64,000 nucleotides of DNA from Phoronis australis (lineage: Eukaryota; Animalia; Phoronida): contig NMRA01000851.1 of NCBI GenBank assembly GCA_002633005.1, forward strand, positions 16,093 through 80,092. The letters run 5' to 3'. This document shows, in pieces, positions 12,700 to 25,994 of the stretch (positions are counted from its first letter, which is position 1; each line of letters opens with the position of its first letter). The translations under genes were made by a program, and so were the position numbers. The notes beneath the pieces are model-generated. The model was not told the DNA's origin and searched no databases. It was given only the letters and a program-made list of their open reading frames with translations.

Positions 12700-13319
12700 C
12701 TGAATAAGAAGAACGTGTACTAACATCTCAGTACAACGCTAGGAGTTCAAATCGAGTACCAGTTGACAAGAATCTGTATGGGTCTGGTTATATACTGTAC
12801 AGTTGCACCTTGCAGTGAAAGAGCACATAGGTGCGTGAGCTATTCCAAACTATAAGTTCCTTCAAGGCGCTCACTTTTGGAGGAAAAACATTCATCGCAC
12901 CGAATTAGTGGGAGGTCATACATATCAAGGAGGACAATGGACAAGTAATCGTCTTCCCCAGATCATAAGCACTCCGTTTAGTTTAGTTCAAGGATTTCAT
13001 GTTTTGCTCACATGTACTTAGTGTCCTGTTGGTGTTGGATTTTAGTGATTTTATAACCTCCAGAGGAGTAAGTCATCGAGATCCGATATGGATCTTGTAA
13101 TTGCTTGGGAATTGATTGATGTAGATGTACACCTTATCCCATACTAGAGTTCACCGAACCGGGTGATAACTTTTAAATCCGGTTTTAAGAAAATACCCGC
13201 GCAAGTCACTTTGTGAACATTTTGATGAACTATATAAATAATATTCATTGAAAGAAAATAATTTATTCATCATTTGTTAGGTCTTATTGGCAGATTTCAA
13301 TGTGTGTACTATTCTTCTG

Positions 13320-14190
13320 TGCCCGGTTGCATGAAACAGTACCTAATTAGGGACTTAACCAAGTTCCCAAACTACGTAGTTAAGTCCGTATAAGGATTTT
13401 GTTTAAGGACTGTTGCATAAAAAGGTCCCACACTCGGTCCTTATTGGGAATGCCCTATATCCGAAGTAGGTTCCCAAAGCCGTGGCTAAGGTCGCTTAAT
13501 ATGGCATAATTATTGTCAACGAGAGAATACCTGCCGCATTTACGTCCTGTGTTCCACCATTTGAATGATTGTTTGAATAAAGTGCACACTCAGTGTGCAT
13601 TATCTGAGAATTCCAGTTTTCAACTGCTGTTGAGAGAGCGGACGATGTATTGTGGCCGCCCACGCGAATGCAAATTAAAAACCAGTAAGGCGAACTGGTG
13701 AGAATACCATAATCTCCGGTAGGAGTCGCCGCACTTCCCAACGCGCTGTTAAATTCGTCTGCCCTGCGTAATAAGTGAGACGTGGGGTAAGTCGTGGCAC
13801 TATAGTAATCGATAAATTCAGTTTACGATGGAAGTACTACATGTACTTCAGTGGGTGAGATCACGCATTTCCTGTTCGACAACTCTAGCTTCTTTCCAAC
13901 GTTTCTAACTATCATGAATATCCCAACCCTTGAACATCTAAATCTTGTTTAGCTCACTGCCGCTAAACGTCGCGATCGGATTTGTTATGTCACGAAAAAT
14001 TCTTTTTTCAACAATATGAGCTTGATCGGCCATTTTATTGCTAGGAACTCAACTTAGAAACTTACTTTAGGTAACCCCAAAAGTTGAGTCTCTATTTAAT
14101 GCCTAAACTAACTGGGAACTTTTCATGCAACAGTCCCTAAAGACCAAAGGACATTCCTAACATTTTGGTACTGTCTCTTGCAACCGGGCA
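13320..14190. mobile_element. Non-autonomous PIF/Harbinger-type DNA transposon
   Basis: TIR tgcccggttgcatgaaacagtacc / ggtactgtctcttgcaaccgggca, with CTG/CAG (CWG) flanks. Confidence 0.8.
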
Positions 14191-15896
14191 CAGATCTTTT
14201 CCTGAGCATACGATCTCATTTTGTCTGAAACGGACTATATAACCGCAAAGTAACGCTGTTCTTGAGAACAACTCTATGGCTTGCGAGAGTTGACGGCAGC
14301 CAGTAGGTTACATGCAATGGCATAAATGAGATAGCTTTGTACTTACATGTACCAACCTGTTCCCGTTTATCAGTCGCTGTAATGCAAGCATACAAATTAA
14401 ATTCTCCAACGTGAGACGAGAAGCGCTTCGATCCGTTAGAACATATCGTACCTCCAGTTAGTTTAGTGTATGCCGTAAGCACGTGATAACCCGTTACTTC
14501 GCCGAGGTTCTTTATCTCTCCGTTTAATTACCTAATGCTTGACCATGGATTTGGTTTGACAACGAATGGTCCTCATTCAAGGTCAAGTATTGGCAGATCA
14601 TAACAATCAACACGCGCCTTACTTGATGGCAAAATTGGGAACCGGGCCAGGCTTCTAGCACATCTACATGTATACCTGACAATTGGCACACATCACACAT
14701 GTGCTACTGTATAATGTATTCTCCGCGGTACCATTGGTGTGCAATATGCTTACACATTGAAAGAAGCTCCCATGTTGCAAGCTATTCAATCTCCTGTTTC
14801 ATGTAGCAAACCGAAGTCACTTACAGTGTAGTTCTACGGGTTTTTGAACAGCAGGTCATCAATTGAAAGCAGGTGAATGTTTTACTATGAGACTGACTTT
14901 TTTAGTAATAATGTAATCATAACCAAAAACTTATAGACCCCCTTCATTTTAGGCTAGGCCCGCGCATGAGACAAAATTCTGGTTATTTATGAGCCCTNNN
15001 NNNNNNNNNNNNNNNNNNNNNNNNNNNNNNNNNNNNNNNNNNNNNNNNNNNNNNNNNNNNNNNNNNNNNNNNNNNNNNNNNNNNNNNNNNNNNNNNNNNN
15101 NNNNNNNNNNNNNTTCATAGTTCTTTGATGGATATCCATGGACTTCATTTCAAGTCATCTATTTATTAGCTGACTCTGCTTTCCTTTTACAGATTGATTC
15201 AATTCAATCTGTGGCTCATATACGCCATCTTTGCTGTTTTTAGTGTTTTTTGTGGTACCCGCCTTTCTTTTACCCAATCCGCTCTAATCGTATGTGTGTT
15301 CCTACGGGAGTGAGGACTTGGTGATGATTTTCAGATGTTTCCGGCTACTGTGTTACATCATACATGTAGTTTGAGTTTCGTTTCTCGCATAAATCATTTA
15401 CAGGAACTTCGTTAAATTTGGCAAGTCTTCTAATGAAAATGACAACATAATATGGCGACTTTTGAATGGATCCAACTACCATTCTCTGTGGATGTATTAT
15501 TTCTCCCAACGTCCTATTCATCTTCAAATTTCATTGACATGTTTCGCAGCAGCGGTCTAAAGTTTGCTGAAATTGGCGTTGTAGTTCCACATCAAGTCAT
15601 ATCCCCGAAACGTCCGATATTATCGTGCAATTACTCTTACATGTCCTTATAATACCGACCGAAATCGGTGTATATTTCTGATACGCTCGCTTCTCTACTA
15701 TAATTCTTTCGTTTCTTATTGAATCGGAGTGATTACATGTAACTGTTTTGACCCCCAGATGCTGCCATCATCCTCTCACTTTGCTTGCGAAGTCAGGGCT
15801 GCACATCCCGTTTTATTTGATACAAAACTGGCATACCACAAACTTAACCTGAATTCATAAATAATTGCCTGACTTCCCATGTTCTCTGCGGCCTGT

Positions 15897-17394
15897 AATT
15901 AGTCAGATAACGAGTAGCCGTGTCGCACCCAATTTCTGCGTACATGTACCAAAGCGGCCCAGGCTAGAAAACAGTCATTCTCACATCACGTCTATTCGCG
16001 CTCCGGGGAAAACAGTACATGTACAATAACCCTTGAGGAGTGCTCTTTTGGGGAATACCCTGCCCTCGTAGCGTGTTTTAATGATTCTGAAACGCGTGTC
16101 GATTGACGTCATATGTGGTTTACGTACATGTACATGTAGTTGCTAATTAGAATTTACACATTACCAAAGAAGGCCGATTATAGAGTGGTTAACTTAAGCG
16201 GTGAGATTGTCGTTGTCGTAAGTAGTTCTTCTGCGGCTGTAATAATTGAAAGGGATGAATAGGTTGAGGTCTTACCCATACACCTGACGATGCCAGTGAA
16301 ATGTGAAATAGCTAGGATGCAAGAATATTTAAACGGCGACTGAACCCTATTTTGATGAATTAATCGAATCCTGGCTCAATCACCTGCTGATACGACATTG
16401 GCGTCAGTCTTGAGCGGCAAAAGCAGAAATCAGCCACAAACTCGTACTCCCTCTGTCAAAGATTGAATATTATGATTCTTGGTGGGTGATCACTGAGTTG
16501 CCGGGTAAATCCTATGAAGCTCAAATCACGCTTAATTATTCGTGCAAAAGTCTTTGAAAAGAATTTTCACAATGTCCTCCAAACATAGGCGGCGCACCGT
16601 GCACATAGTCGGCGCACCATACAGTAAGTGGCCGGAAGTTTTAGCCCCGCCCTTTTTTCAATGCTGCACCGCCCATGCCAAAGTTTTGAAGATTTTTGGG
16701 GTTTAACCGTGCTTCAGTGAACTGTTTATATGAATCACTTGGAATATTTCTAATTAGGCAGATCACGAGTAGCCGCATCGCACCCCATTTCTGCGTACCA
16801 AAGCAGCCCAGGCTAGGACCCAGTCCTTGATCAAACCACGTCTGTGTGTGCTCTTGGAAAACAGTACAATAACCCTTGAAGGGTGCTCTTTTGGGCTAAC
16901 CCTGCTCTCGTAGCATGTTTTAATGATTCTGGACCGCGTGTCGATTGGCGTCAAATGTGGTTTAAGTAGCTGCTCATTAGAATTTACAGAGAAGGCTGAT
17001 TACATTTACAGCACCATGTGTTTGTGGTTAACTTACACGGTGAGATTGTCCTTGTAAGTAGTTCTTCTGTAGCTGTAAATAAAGGGATGAATACATGTAG
17101 ATTGAGGTGATAGTTTTGCCGGTAAACCTCACGACAGGAGAGAAATGTGAAATAGCTAGAATGCAAGAGTATTTAAACGGATACTGAACCCCGTTTAGAA
17201 GTCTTTGGGAAGAGTTTTTAAAATGTCCTCCAAACATGGGCTGCGCACCGTGCACATGGGCGGCGCACAATATGACGCCAAGAGCTTTAGCCCCTCCCTT
17301 ATTACAGTGCAGCGCCGCCCATGCTTTGAAGCTTTTCTGGGGTTTGTTGTACTTCAGTGAACTGTATAGATAAGTCGATTGGAACATTTGCTAA
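15897..17394 (+). repeat. Head-to-tail diverged tandem duplication (15897-16753 and 16752-17394)
   Basis: Both copies start aattag.cagat.acgagtagccg and end ggaa.att..ctaa. The first copy has an extra ~200 bp at about 16350-16548. Confidence 0.85.
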
Positions 17395-18354
17395 CATGCC
17401 AGAGCAGATTTGGAATCATTTTAAGCATCTCGTACCTCCCGTAGTTGTGAGTACAGGTAACCAGATTCAGAATTATCAAGACATTTCACGTTAGACTACG
17501 CCCTGACAGCTAGATTACCTAAAATTAAGACGACACGGCAGAAAAAAACGAGCACATATCAAGTATTAAATGGGGGTTGACGTAACCTCGGCAGTCATTG
17601 TTTAGATTTTCCACAAAGAAAAACAATGCCGTGATGTTAACTATTTTAAATTATGTCAATATCATTGCGAGCCAACTTTTTTCAACAGCCGTGCGCTTGA
17701 AGCAAAAACAATAGACACTGGTCTGCCCTATTTCACCAGTATGCTAGTCATACAGTTTGAATGCAAGCCAGCAACGTTAACGAAAGTCAGTAACAATTGA
17801 AAAACGCACTCCGAAACGACACAAAAATAACTTTACATATTTCTTAAACTTATTCCAATTAAGCACCGATTTGCCAGGAAACAGACAAAAGACCATATCC
17901 GCATTATACTTCTGCATCAATTTTGCCGGTTTGTTTTCGTAAAAACGCCGGCGTAAAACTTTTCCCGAGGAAAATTGAATGATTCATGCGTGTCCCCTTC
18001 CCTTAGCAGACACCCCATGAACCAGTAAGAATATCACCAAGCATTGCCCTGTTTTCGGTTAGAGATTTGTCAGATATCTGCAAAGAAAATGATCTTTTCA
18101 TATTGACGCTCTCTACTGTAGTGACAGCACGAATTTCATATCGGATTGGTCTCGACTCAGATTTGGGGGACAGGAATTCAATTACTACTCAGTGGTCCAT
18201 TAAACCATTCACACCATGGTCATGCATGAGTGAATCCGTTTACCAAAAATGTTGGTATGATATTTTAATTATTCCTTCTTCAATCTGTGTATTTTTAATC
18301 AAGAAATATATGCAAAATTCCAAAAAAAATCATTGTGACGTGATCAGTGAGCCT

Positions 18355-18608
18355 GGGACCTGCTTCAAGAAACTGACTTAATTTTGTTTTTGATTTCAGT
18401 TTAAGATTTTTCTTAACTTTCAAACACTGAAACGTCCACATTCGGTAAGAAAGTCAAAATTAAGACAAAACTTATGCCAAACACATGAGTAAAACTTATG
18501 ATTTCTTTCTTGAATTGGCTTTGAGACAAATAAATCTTTTATTCCAAATTTTACACAATAATAAGAAATGTCTTAGCTACAGGTAAGTCTGTTTTGTCGG
18601 AACGGGCC
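18355..18608. mobile_element. Harbinger-like MITE (~250 bp)
   Basis: Termini gggacctg.ttc.aagaaactgacttaa ... taagtctgttttgtcggaacgggcc. An inverted homolog lies at 30464-30711. Confidence 0.7.
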
Positions 18609-19506
18609 TAAGGTCTCTATCATTGTGTAATTCTACACCAGTCGTAATGTTCTAAAAAACTGAGTCTTATGAAAGTTGTACATACATGTATGAGCAGATT
18701 ATGCAGTAATAGCAATCGAACAGACAATATTTCAATGTTTACATTTCATGAAGTCACAAGCACAGGTTCGTTCGTCAGACACGGATACATAGACGGCGTC
18801 ACGGTGTAGCAAACGATCAGTTCAAGGGGTGCGCCGTGCCAGTCATCCCATTTTGAAGAATTTTCGTTCGATCCGTGGCAGAATCGGGAGATTTTGGGAT
18901 TGTTTATCCAAAGATTACATGTAAATGCACTCGATGGGGAAAAACGATTGTGCTGTGCCATTGCTGGGGACGAGCATGAGCCTCAATATCGTATTGTGAC
19001 TTAAATAACGAACGTCAGTCTATTCTTATTCAAATGCGTGTTATACACAGATACGTCAAACTCCATTCGTAGAAAAGGTAATGTAGATGCCTCCCAAATA
19101 GTTTGAAATCGCGACCGCAACCGACACAGAGGCTTGAGCTTGACACAGGAACGAAATAGTGAATCGATCGATCTCAACAGTACAAAACTTTCACAAAAAC
19201 AATATTTTGGAACATAAAAGACAGAAATGAGTATCGTTATCCATTAAAATCCATTTAACATCATTATAATTAAATATGATTGTTCCTGACAATCCCACTC
19301 GAAATTCGAAGAAATAAAATCAGTGTCGGCTATTCGCGACTGGGCTTTGACAGGCTAAAAACTTCGGTTAGATCTACATTCGAAGACACCCATTATCCAA
19401 CACTTAAGTGGTTAGAAAATTAAATATTGATTCAATAAATATGCTTTAATCTCTACTCTGAAATCAGAACTGTCTGCAGACAGAGTAGGCTCCAACTAGG
19501 TGTCAC

Positions 19507-19645
19507 TCGCAGAAGATGCTGCTGCGGGAGTGTCGAGTTCGTACGGCATCAAACACGCAGTCTGCCAATAATGCGAGATCTAACTTCGTACTGCCTGCTT
19601 TTTCTTTGACCTCAGTGACCCATTTAACCCCATCTCCACACTGAC
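19507..19645 (-). CDS. Candidate exon of uncertain status (QCGDG...LLADCVFDAVRT...IFC)
   Basis: ttttgtag acceptor in phase 1, open frame, gtgaca donor. The donor is phase 2 and I found no matching phase-2 downstream exon. Confidence 0.3.
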
Positions 19646-21262
19646 CTACAAAATCACCTCTATCCACCGCTGTATATACTGTATACGTGTTCAACGTCTT
19701 TCACGTGGGGGAAACCAAAAATCTCAAATTTTTCTTTAAAATTCAAAATTCCTTAACTATTTCCCAAAATAAGTGCTTGCTTAGTTAGACTTTGGGTTAT
19801 AAATTTACTATAAGCTGTGCAAATCTACTAAAAGTGGACAGGTCCTTTGTGGGAACGCTTTAACATGAAAGCAGAGGATTAAATGGCACTTGTCAGTCGC
19901 TCCCCAGATTAGTACATGTATAAGTTCACAGTGGGAAATGTATGAAGCATGACGTCCTTGTTCATCCATCGATAGTTCAAAAGGTTTGTGTTTGCTGGAA
20001 GTCTTTGGTACATCCCACCGCGAAAGAGTTAACATTTCCTGTATGATAACAGCAAAAAGTCTAAAACGCCGTTTATACCACTACGCTGGACCGCCCGCAT
20101 TGCACGGGATCTCTAGGCAGCTCTGAACGCCTGTCCAACATAAACCCGATTGCCGTCTGGCGGAGTCACGAATTTCAGTATGGCACGTCTATTTCGAGTC
20201 AGCTATTATATGATATCCCTATTCCAAACAGAATGAAACCAACCAATGAACCGCACACCTATATTTGCATCCATTACATGGTGAAGAAGAGGAATATCCC
20301 TTCATTTCTATCCGTAAATTCAATTTCATTGTTAAAAGCAAACCAATGACAATATTTTTTTCATTCCAATGTCTTATAGAAACGATGCCCACATGGACGC
20401 ATTAGAATAAAATATCAAATAGCTAATATGAAAGTGTATTTAATTGTCTTGTCTTTCCCAAAGTTACATGTACAGCTGAACCGCATTCAGAATTATCAAG
20501 GCGATCCGGGTCAAACTGCGTCCACACAACAAGATAACCCAAAAACGAACACGGCTGAAATGAAAATCGATGGATAGTGCCCTCTGCAGAGGTCGGCCCA
20601 CAAAGTTTATTTATACAATAACATGTGACCAATGGCTGGCTTCATAAGATTCTGACGTCATTAGGTTGACTGAAATCGGGTCATTTTAAACTAATCTACC
20701 ACCGTTCGGTGAAATGCCTCAAGATCGAGACTGCTTTGGCCAATACCGGAAGTTCGCCCGATATGGAGTAGAATAGGCTTAATGTGGAGCTGTTGAATTT
20801 CCATTAGAAAATGACTGTCATCACTGTAAACTGTCCGAGCACACATTCCACTGATATTTGTATTTAAGTAACTTATTAAATGTAGGAGTCCCATGCCAAG
20901 TCAAATTCTACAAGGAATACTTTTGAGCATGTTCGTACTTTGATTATTACGCTTTATCTGCCAACAGTTCTGACTGTTAAGTCGACACGATTAGTCAGAA
21001 GTTTAACCAGGGTTAACAGATAATGAATTTAGCTTCGCTCAGTCGAAGAAACTCCACGTTACGGTAAAAGCCTGAAGCAGTTGAATTTTAAAAATCAAAA
21101 TACAGAGCAAGCTTTACCGCTATCAAAATCGTTTAGTAAAATTGGAGAAACTGTAATGAAGCCAATGAAAGATCATTTTACTACCATTATAACATGCAAG
21201 AAAAATAACGTTGTTTTGGATGTTTTTGTGTATATGTTCAATGTTTTGGAAAATTCACTCAC

Positions 21263-21463
21263 TTGGCCACACTTCGACTTCACACAACGTCAAATTTGCG
21301 TTCCGCGGATTCTGGGATTCGATTCGCACAGTTTTGCCAGTCAAAACGTTTGTGCAGGGGGTTTCTACAACACGTCCCTTTGGCACGCCAAGGCTGCTAA
21401 AGCAGAGATTTTTTGTACCATCATCCCGTAACACGTATGCATTAATGGGAGGCACCGCTACAT
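21263..21463 (-). CDS. F-type lectin (FTP/F5-8C-like) domain 2, C-terminal half exon
   Basis: 201 nt, phase 1-1, tttaag/gtgagt. ...NLCF...TPCTNVLTGKTVRIE...LTLCEVEVW. Confidence 0.9.
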
Positions 21464-21629
21464 CTTAAAGTAAAATATAACATACATGTATAACACCGTT
21501 AGCGATGCATCGTATTCTGGCTATTGCAAACAACAGTGAACTGTTGAGATCACGTCAGTGGCACGGGATTTGCAATCACACACATTTTGGTAAAGGCGAC
21601 GAAAATGGTTGACACTGGTCTGCTAGGGT

Positions 21630-21706
21630 GCGGTCGGCAGAAGTATGGGGGGAGGCGGTCGGCAGAAGTATGGGGGGAGGCGGTCGGCAGAAGTATGGGG
21701 GGAGGC
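21630..21706 (+). repeat. G-rich 25-bp tandem repeat x3
   Basis: gcggtcggcagaagtatggggggag at 21630, 21655 and 21680. Confidence 0.95.
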
Positions 21707-22130
21707 CATATCAAAAAACACCTGTGAGCTTCCACTACACCTTAATTGTCAAGACAATTGCATTGCAAGCGAAGTTTAAAAAGCTTTCTTGTAATCAGCG
21801 GTGTTCCATTGCGTGGTGGGTAATTACTAGGAAAACCTGATAAGAAAAATACAAAGACATATTGTGGCTTTAAAAGCCCGAATAGTCCTTTTGCGAATTT
21901 CTAACAATAACGTAAAATTCTGTAAGACTAAGGTGTGTCGCTTCTGAAAACAAATCAGTTGTCCTTGCCAGTTGACCCGGCGGAACAGGTGAATATACCC
22001 ACTGGCAAACACGAAAAAACATGTGCGCTCTCTATTTCACCAAACCAAGCCATACCTCGACCGGGGAAGATACCCATTACAATATATTAAACAAACAAGT
22101 GCTCTCTATTTCACGAAATCTAAACCATAC

Positions 22131-22334
22131 CTCGACTGGACGAGATAGTTAGACTAGCTATTTTATATTCGCCCTCCAAATCCACTTCCCACCAAGTCTC
22201 GTTTATGCTCATTGCGTGCGCGCAAGAAAGGAACATCTCAACATGGTCTCGGCTGCCGTCTACGGCCAGTTTGGATTCTGGTGAAGTGTCGCCTGAAGAC
22301 TGTCTTGTCGGTTTCCCTTGTGATATAGGTTTCG
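22131..22334 (-). CDS. F-type lectin domain 2, N-terminal half exon
   Basis: 204 nt, phase 1-1, tttttgcag/gtatgg. ISQGKPTRQSS...LAVDG...CAH...WWEVDLEGEYKIASLTI. Confidence 0.92.
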
Positions 22335-22807
22335 CTGCAAAAAACACAAGATCAAAATCATTAGTTTAAGCTCAGGAGTAGAAATTGGCGGGCAGTTCAC
22401 AATTCCCAACTGGGTTTTATGATGCACTGATTCAACTACATGTAATATTTAGCAAAAACTCGTCTAAACGATACTGCCATCAGTAATGCAGCAACACGAA
22501 ACTACTCTTTTTCACCCGATTATGTATTCTTCGTGAATTCGTACCACTGAGGATTTCTCCTCAGTTGCTACCCTCGAAATTCTTGTTTCATTTTGGCACC
22601 ACCATAACCAAACTATTGAGAATGTCCCGTTTTCTATTTTTCCGCTGCTTCAGTTATCATTCTATTCCAACATGTTTGCATCCAGCTTCATGAAACAGTT
22701 CTAGTATAGAGAATGAACCTGTACTATGCAACTTGAATACACATGTAACTGCTAAAGCATGAAAACCTCACAACTCAACATATTCTCGCCAGCCTTCATG
22801 TACTTAC

Positions 22808-23086
22808 GTGTACATCGAGGAATGTTGCAATAGTCCCAACGCCTCTGGCCGGATTCAGGCCCATAGAGGTAGCACCAGGGGCCACCAATGCTGCGATCGG
22901 CATTCCGGCAAAAATTGTAGTCTAGTTCTCTTAAATATACGTCTCTGGTGAAAGAACCTAACCCCGATAGTTTGTTCGGTGCCCAGTGCCACGGCTGACA
23001 CAAGTGATCGTTTTTAGATACGGATACTTTTCCTCTGAAGGCAGTTCCAAGGTCATCCTCTTTGCATGACTTGTTGGGAGATAAAT
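22808..23086 (-). CDS. Kringle domain exon
   Basis: 279 nt, phase 1-1, gtaagt donor. C..GTAFRGKVSVS..CQPW..NFCRNAD..GPWCY..WDYCNIPRC. The acceptor (cggtag) is less certain. Confidence 0.92.
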
Positions 23087-23583
23087 CTACCGAGGCAGGC
23101 GCATTATAATGCTGAGTGAACTACACTTAATAGAGTCATCATGCTGTAGCTCTGACAAGAGGAAGTCGGTAGATAAGATAATCCATTTCCTGCACTCCCT
23201 GTTGCCAATGTGCACCAATTCGTGTGGAAATACCTACGTCGTTTATGCAGTTGAAATACTGCATTTTCAGTTGGTTATCAAATCAAACGTATGGAGAATT
23301 GCGAATTAATTTAATTCTTTCTAATGATAATCATTAGTTTCCTCTCAGTTAAACAATATACATGTGTGTATGCAATTTTACTCTAATCACAGCAACACCA
23401 ACGGCGTCGTTCATTTAACACCGGTTGGGTATTTCTTCCAGGTTGTGAGGTAGTTAAGTTTCTATCAGAAAAGAAATGCGACATGTAACGTGACAAAGAA
23501 ATATATCACGATATCATCATGCAGGCTACTCCAAAATACCCACGTGTTTGACAGTAGTCTGGAAATCGGTCGGTACCACTCAC

Positions 23584-23736
23584 CTTGGCAGATCTTAGAT
23601 GCCTGCTTCTTCCACGGGTGACAACTTTGACCTTTCAGACTGCCCTCTTTGCAATCCCGAGTTCTTGAACGGGTATGGGTCTCCTTGTCACACGGGCCCC
23701 AGGGCGTCCATTGCCCAAACTGTACTTCATATGTGT
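23584..23736 (-). CDS. Thrombospondin type-1 repeat exon
   Basis: 153 nt, phase 1-1, atttcag/gtgagt. FGQWTPWGPCD...RSRTRDC...C...C. Confidence 0.9.
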
Positions 23737-24854
23737 CTGAAATCATGAAAACGTGGACCCAGAAACTGCGCTAACACACACACTGAGTCCGCTAAACTTC
23801 CCATGGTTCTCACAGGTTATCGACTGCAAGTACCATCTCCGCCTTTTGGAAGTTGAAAATCGCGCGAAAATTCACGTTATCTTTCCTCTCAAATAAGTGG
23901 CAAAGGTATTGTTTTTTATTAGTGAAGCTGAATCTTATGAATATTTGGGTTTATATGGGTTCACAAACTGTACATGTATGTACATGTATGTGTGACCACG
24001 TTTATTTATTGCGTTGATTAAAATGAAGGGGGACACTTAAATGTTTGCACAGATTTCCAAAAGGGCTCTCAACAACATATAATTATAAGTAAAATATAAT
24101 ATAGTCAGGTAGTCAGGGAAAAATGAATACGGATAGCAAAGCAACAATTAAAAGAGGTTGAGAATGTAGAGAATAAATAACTGACGAGGGGTTGAAGAAA
24201 TTACTTAAGAGACATGAAATTCAACAAAGATGTGACGCTAAATATTGAGCGTATTAACACCTGAAAGGCCCCATGTTGTGATATTGCAAAACCACTTTTG
24301 GATACACCTTTCAAGAATTTTGGAAATTGCAGGGAAGTCCGATATTGCTTTACAATTCTCGAAGTGTCTTGAAAACACGAATAACGAACGCATTTTCTAT
24401 CCCACGGGAAACTATGTCGCAATCTCATCGCAGTGATGTCGGTATATAGGCGTAAACATTGTTCACTTCTTTTTCTCCCTTATAATAAAGATCTTGGTAA
24501 GCATTTATCGGTAACGGGCTGATTATTGACTAAGTAACGATATTCGTGCAGTCTGTATTGTTATATATAACAAAGACGCTCGTGGCATACATGTAGATCT
24601 CATAAGTTAAACACGATTATATAACCACAAGCTACTTTTTGGCTTCGACATTTAGTCTACTGTCAAGTAGGCAACAGTATTCATGGTTATGGTTTCGGGT
24701 TGTAGACAGATTCCGGACTTTTAGCCTTTGCATGATTTCATGAAACAGATTTAGTTGTACTAGAATGACATTTAGCTAAAAGAAAAATGCTGCAGCCTCT
24801 TCGAGAAACAAATCCCCGGACCCTATGTTCGGGTTGCTTCACGTATTGACTCAC

Positions 24855-25043
24855 CGTCTGTACACTCGGGTGGGTCACAAAATTCGTAAGTGCTGGAAGT
24901 AGGGTTAGGGTCCACATAGCACCACAGCCGGTTTTGTGTATCGGGAGAATTATGGCAGTCACTGTTGTCGCGGCATTTCTTACCCGTCCGTGTTACTTTA
25001 AGTTTCTCCGAGTGTGCGTAGTTATTACTCCGATCGTAGCAGC
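24855..25043 (-). CDS. Shortened kringle-like domain exon
   Basis: 189 nt, phase 1-1, ttgtaag/gtgagt. CYDRSNNYAHSEKLKVTRTGKKCRDNSDCHNSPDTQNRLWCYVDPNPTSSTYEFCDPPEC. This frame is absent from the ORF track. Confidence 0.85.
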
Positions 25044-25497
25044 CTTACAAGAATTATACGTTATAGGTGGCATGCGTATAATTGACTAAAGTTTCAATTA
25101 GCAGTTGTGAACTTGGGTATTTCACATTATTGAGATCTCAAAATCAATATACTCACCCCCCGTGAAAATCAAACTTCGTTTACCATTTATCGTATGCACA
25201 GATATCAAATGCCGATAAAACCACTTTGCTGTAGTGAAGCAATTACATATTATGGAACATGTCATCTTGTAAAATGTTGGAACTAAATGTACGACGATTT
25301 GAAGTATGGTATTCGCAAGCCAAAAGAAAGATGATTAAACTACAGGTGCTTGAATTTGTAACAACCCTGAACCCTAAAGCTCTCTTTTCAAGAGACTGGA
25401 GGAGATACGGGAACGCATCAAAATGAAATACGAGTTTAAGTAACGATTTAAATCATTACTGGAGGATTCACTTTGTCTTTTTAAACACAATACTCAC

Positions 25498-25704
25498 CGA
25501 TAGGCTCGAAATAAACAGCTACCTCACAAAGCGATAAGTTGTCTTCCGTCGTCGAGACCTTCAATGTGTTGCCATACGTATCTTTTTTACACTTAATTAC
25601 CGTGCCTTTGTTTACTGGAAGTTCGCCTTCCCAATGGAAACATTCCGTTTGTATATCGTCTTCTGTGTACACTAACAGCTTGATGTTGCTCAGTGGTCTC
25701 CGGA
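25498..25704 (-). CDS. F-type lectin domain 1, C-terminal half exon
   Basis: 207 nt, phase 1-1, ccttgtag/gtgagt. RRPLSNIKLLVY..ECFHW..IKC..YGNTLKV..LSLCEVAVY. Confidence 0.9.
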
Positions 25705-25756
25705 CTACAAGGTGAAGATAAATATGAAATACACAAACGCAGAGGGAGAGAGAACA

Positions 25757-25763
<7 letters not shown>

Positions 25764-25790
<27 letters not shown>
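25764..25790 (+). repeat. (GA)n microsatellite
   Basis: Direct reading. Confidence 0.95.
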
Positions 25791-25795
<5 letters not shown>

Positions 25796-25994
25796 AGGGA
25801 GGGAGGGTGAGGAAGGGTGGAGTTATACATGGAATATTATAAAGATGGGGCAAGGGCTAGAGAGACAAATTTCATCGAACAGAGTTCATTGATCATCCGT
25901 GTGACATTTTTGGGCTTGCACAAAGGTCAGCGATGAATCGGCCAGGAGAGTTAAACTTCGAACTGAGTGTCGACTGCAAAGCATCAATTCAAAT

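Noticed and set aside
18746-18963. Open frame after a ccccag acceptor
   Set aside because: No domain motif, no in-phase consensus donor, and it contains a TACATGTA footprint like neutral DNA.
10697-21706. CRISPR-like interpretation of the short tandem repeats
   Set aside because: Units are contiguous without unique spacers, there are no cas genes, and the context is eukaryotic.
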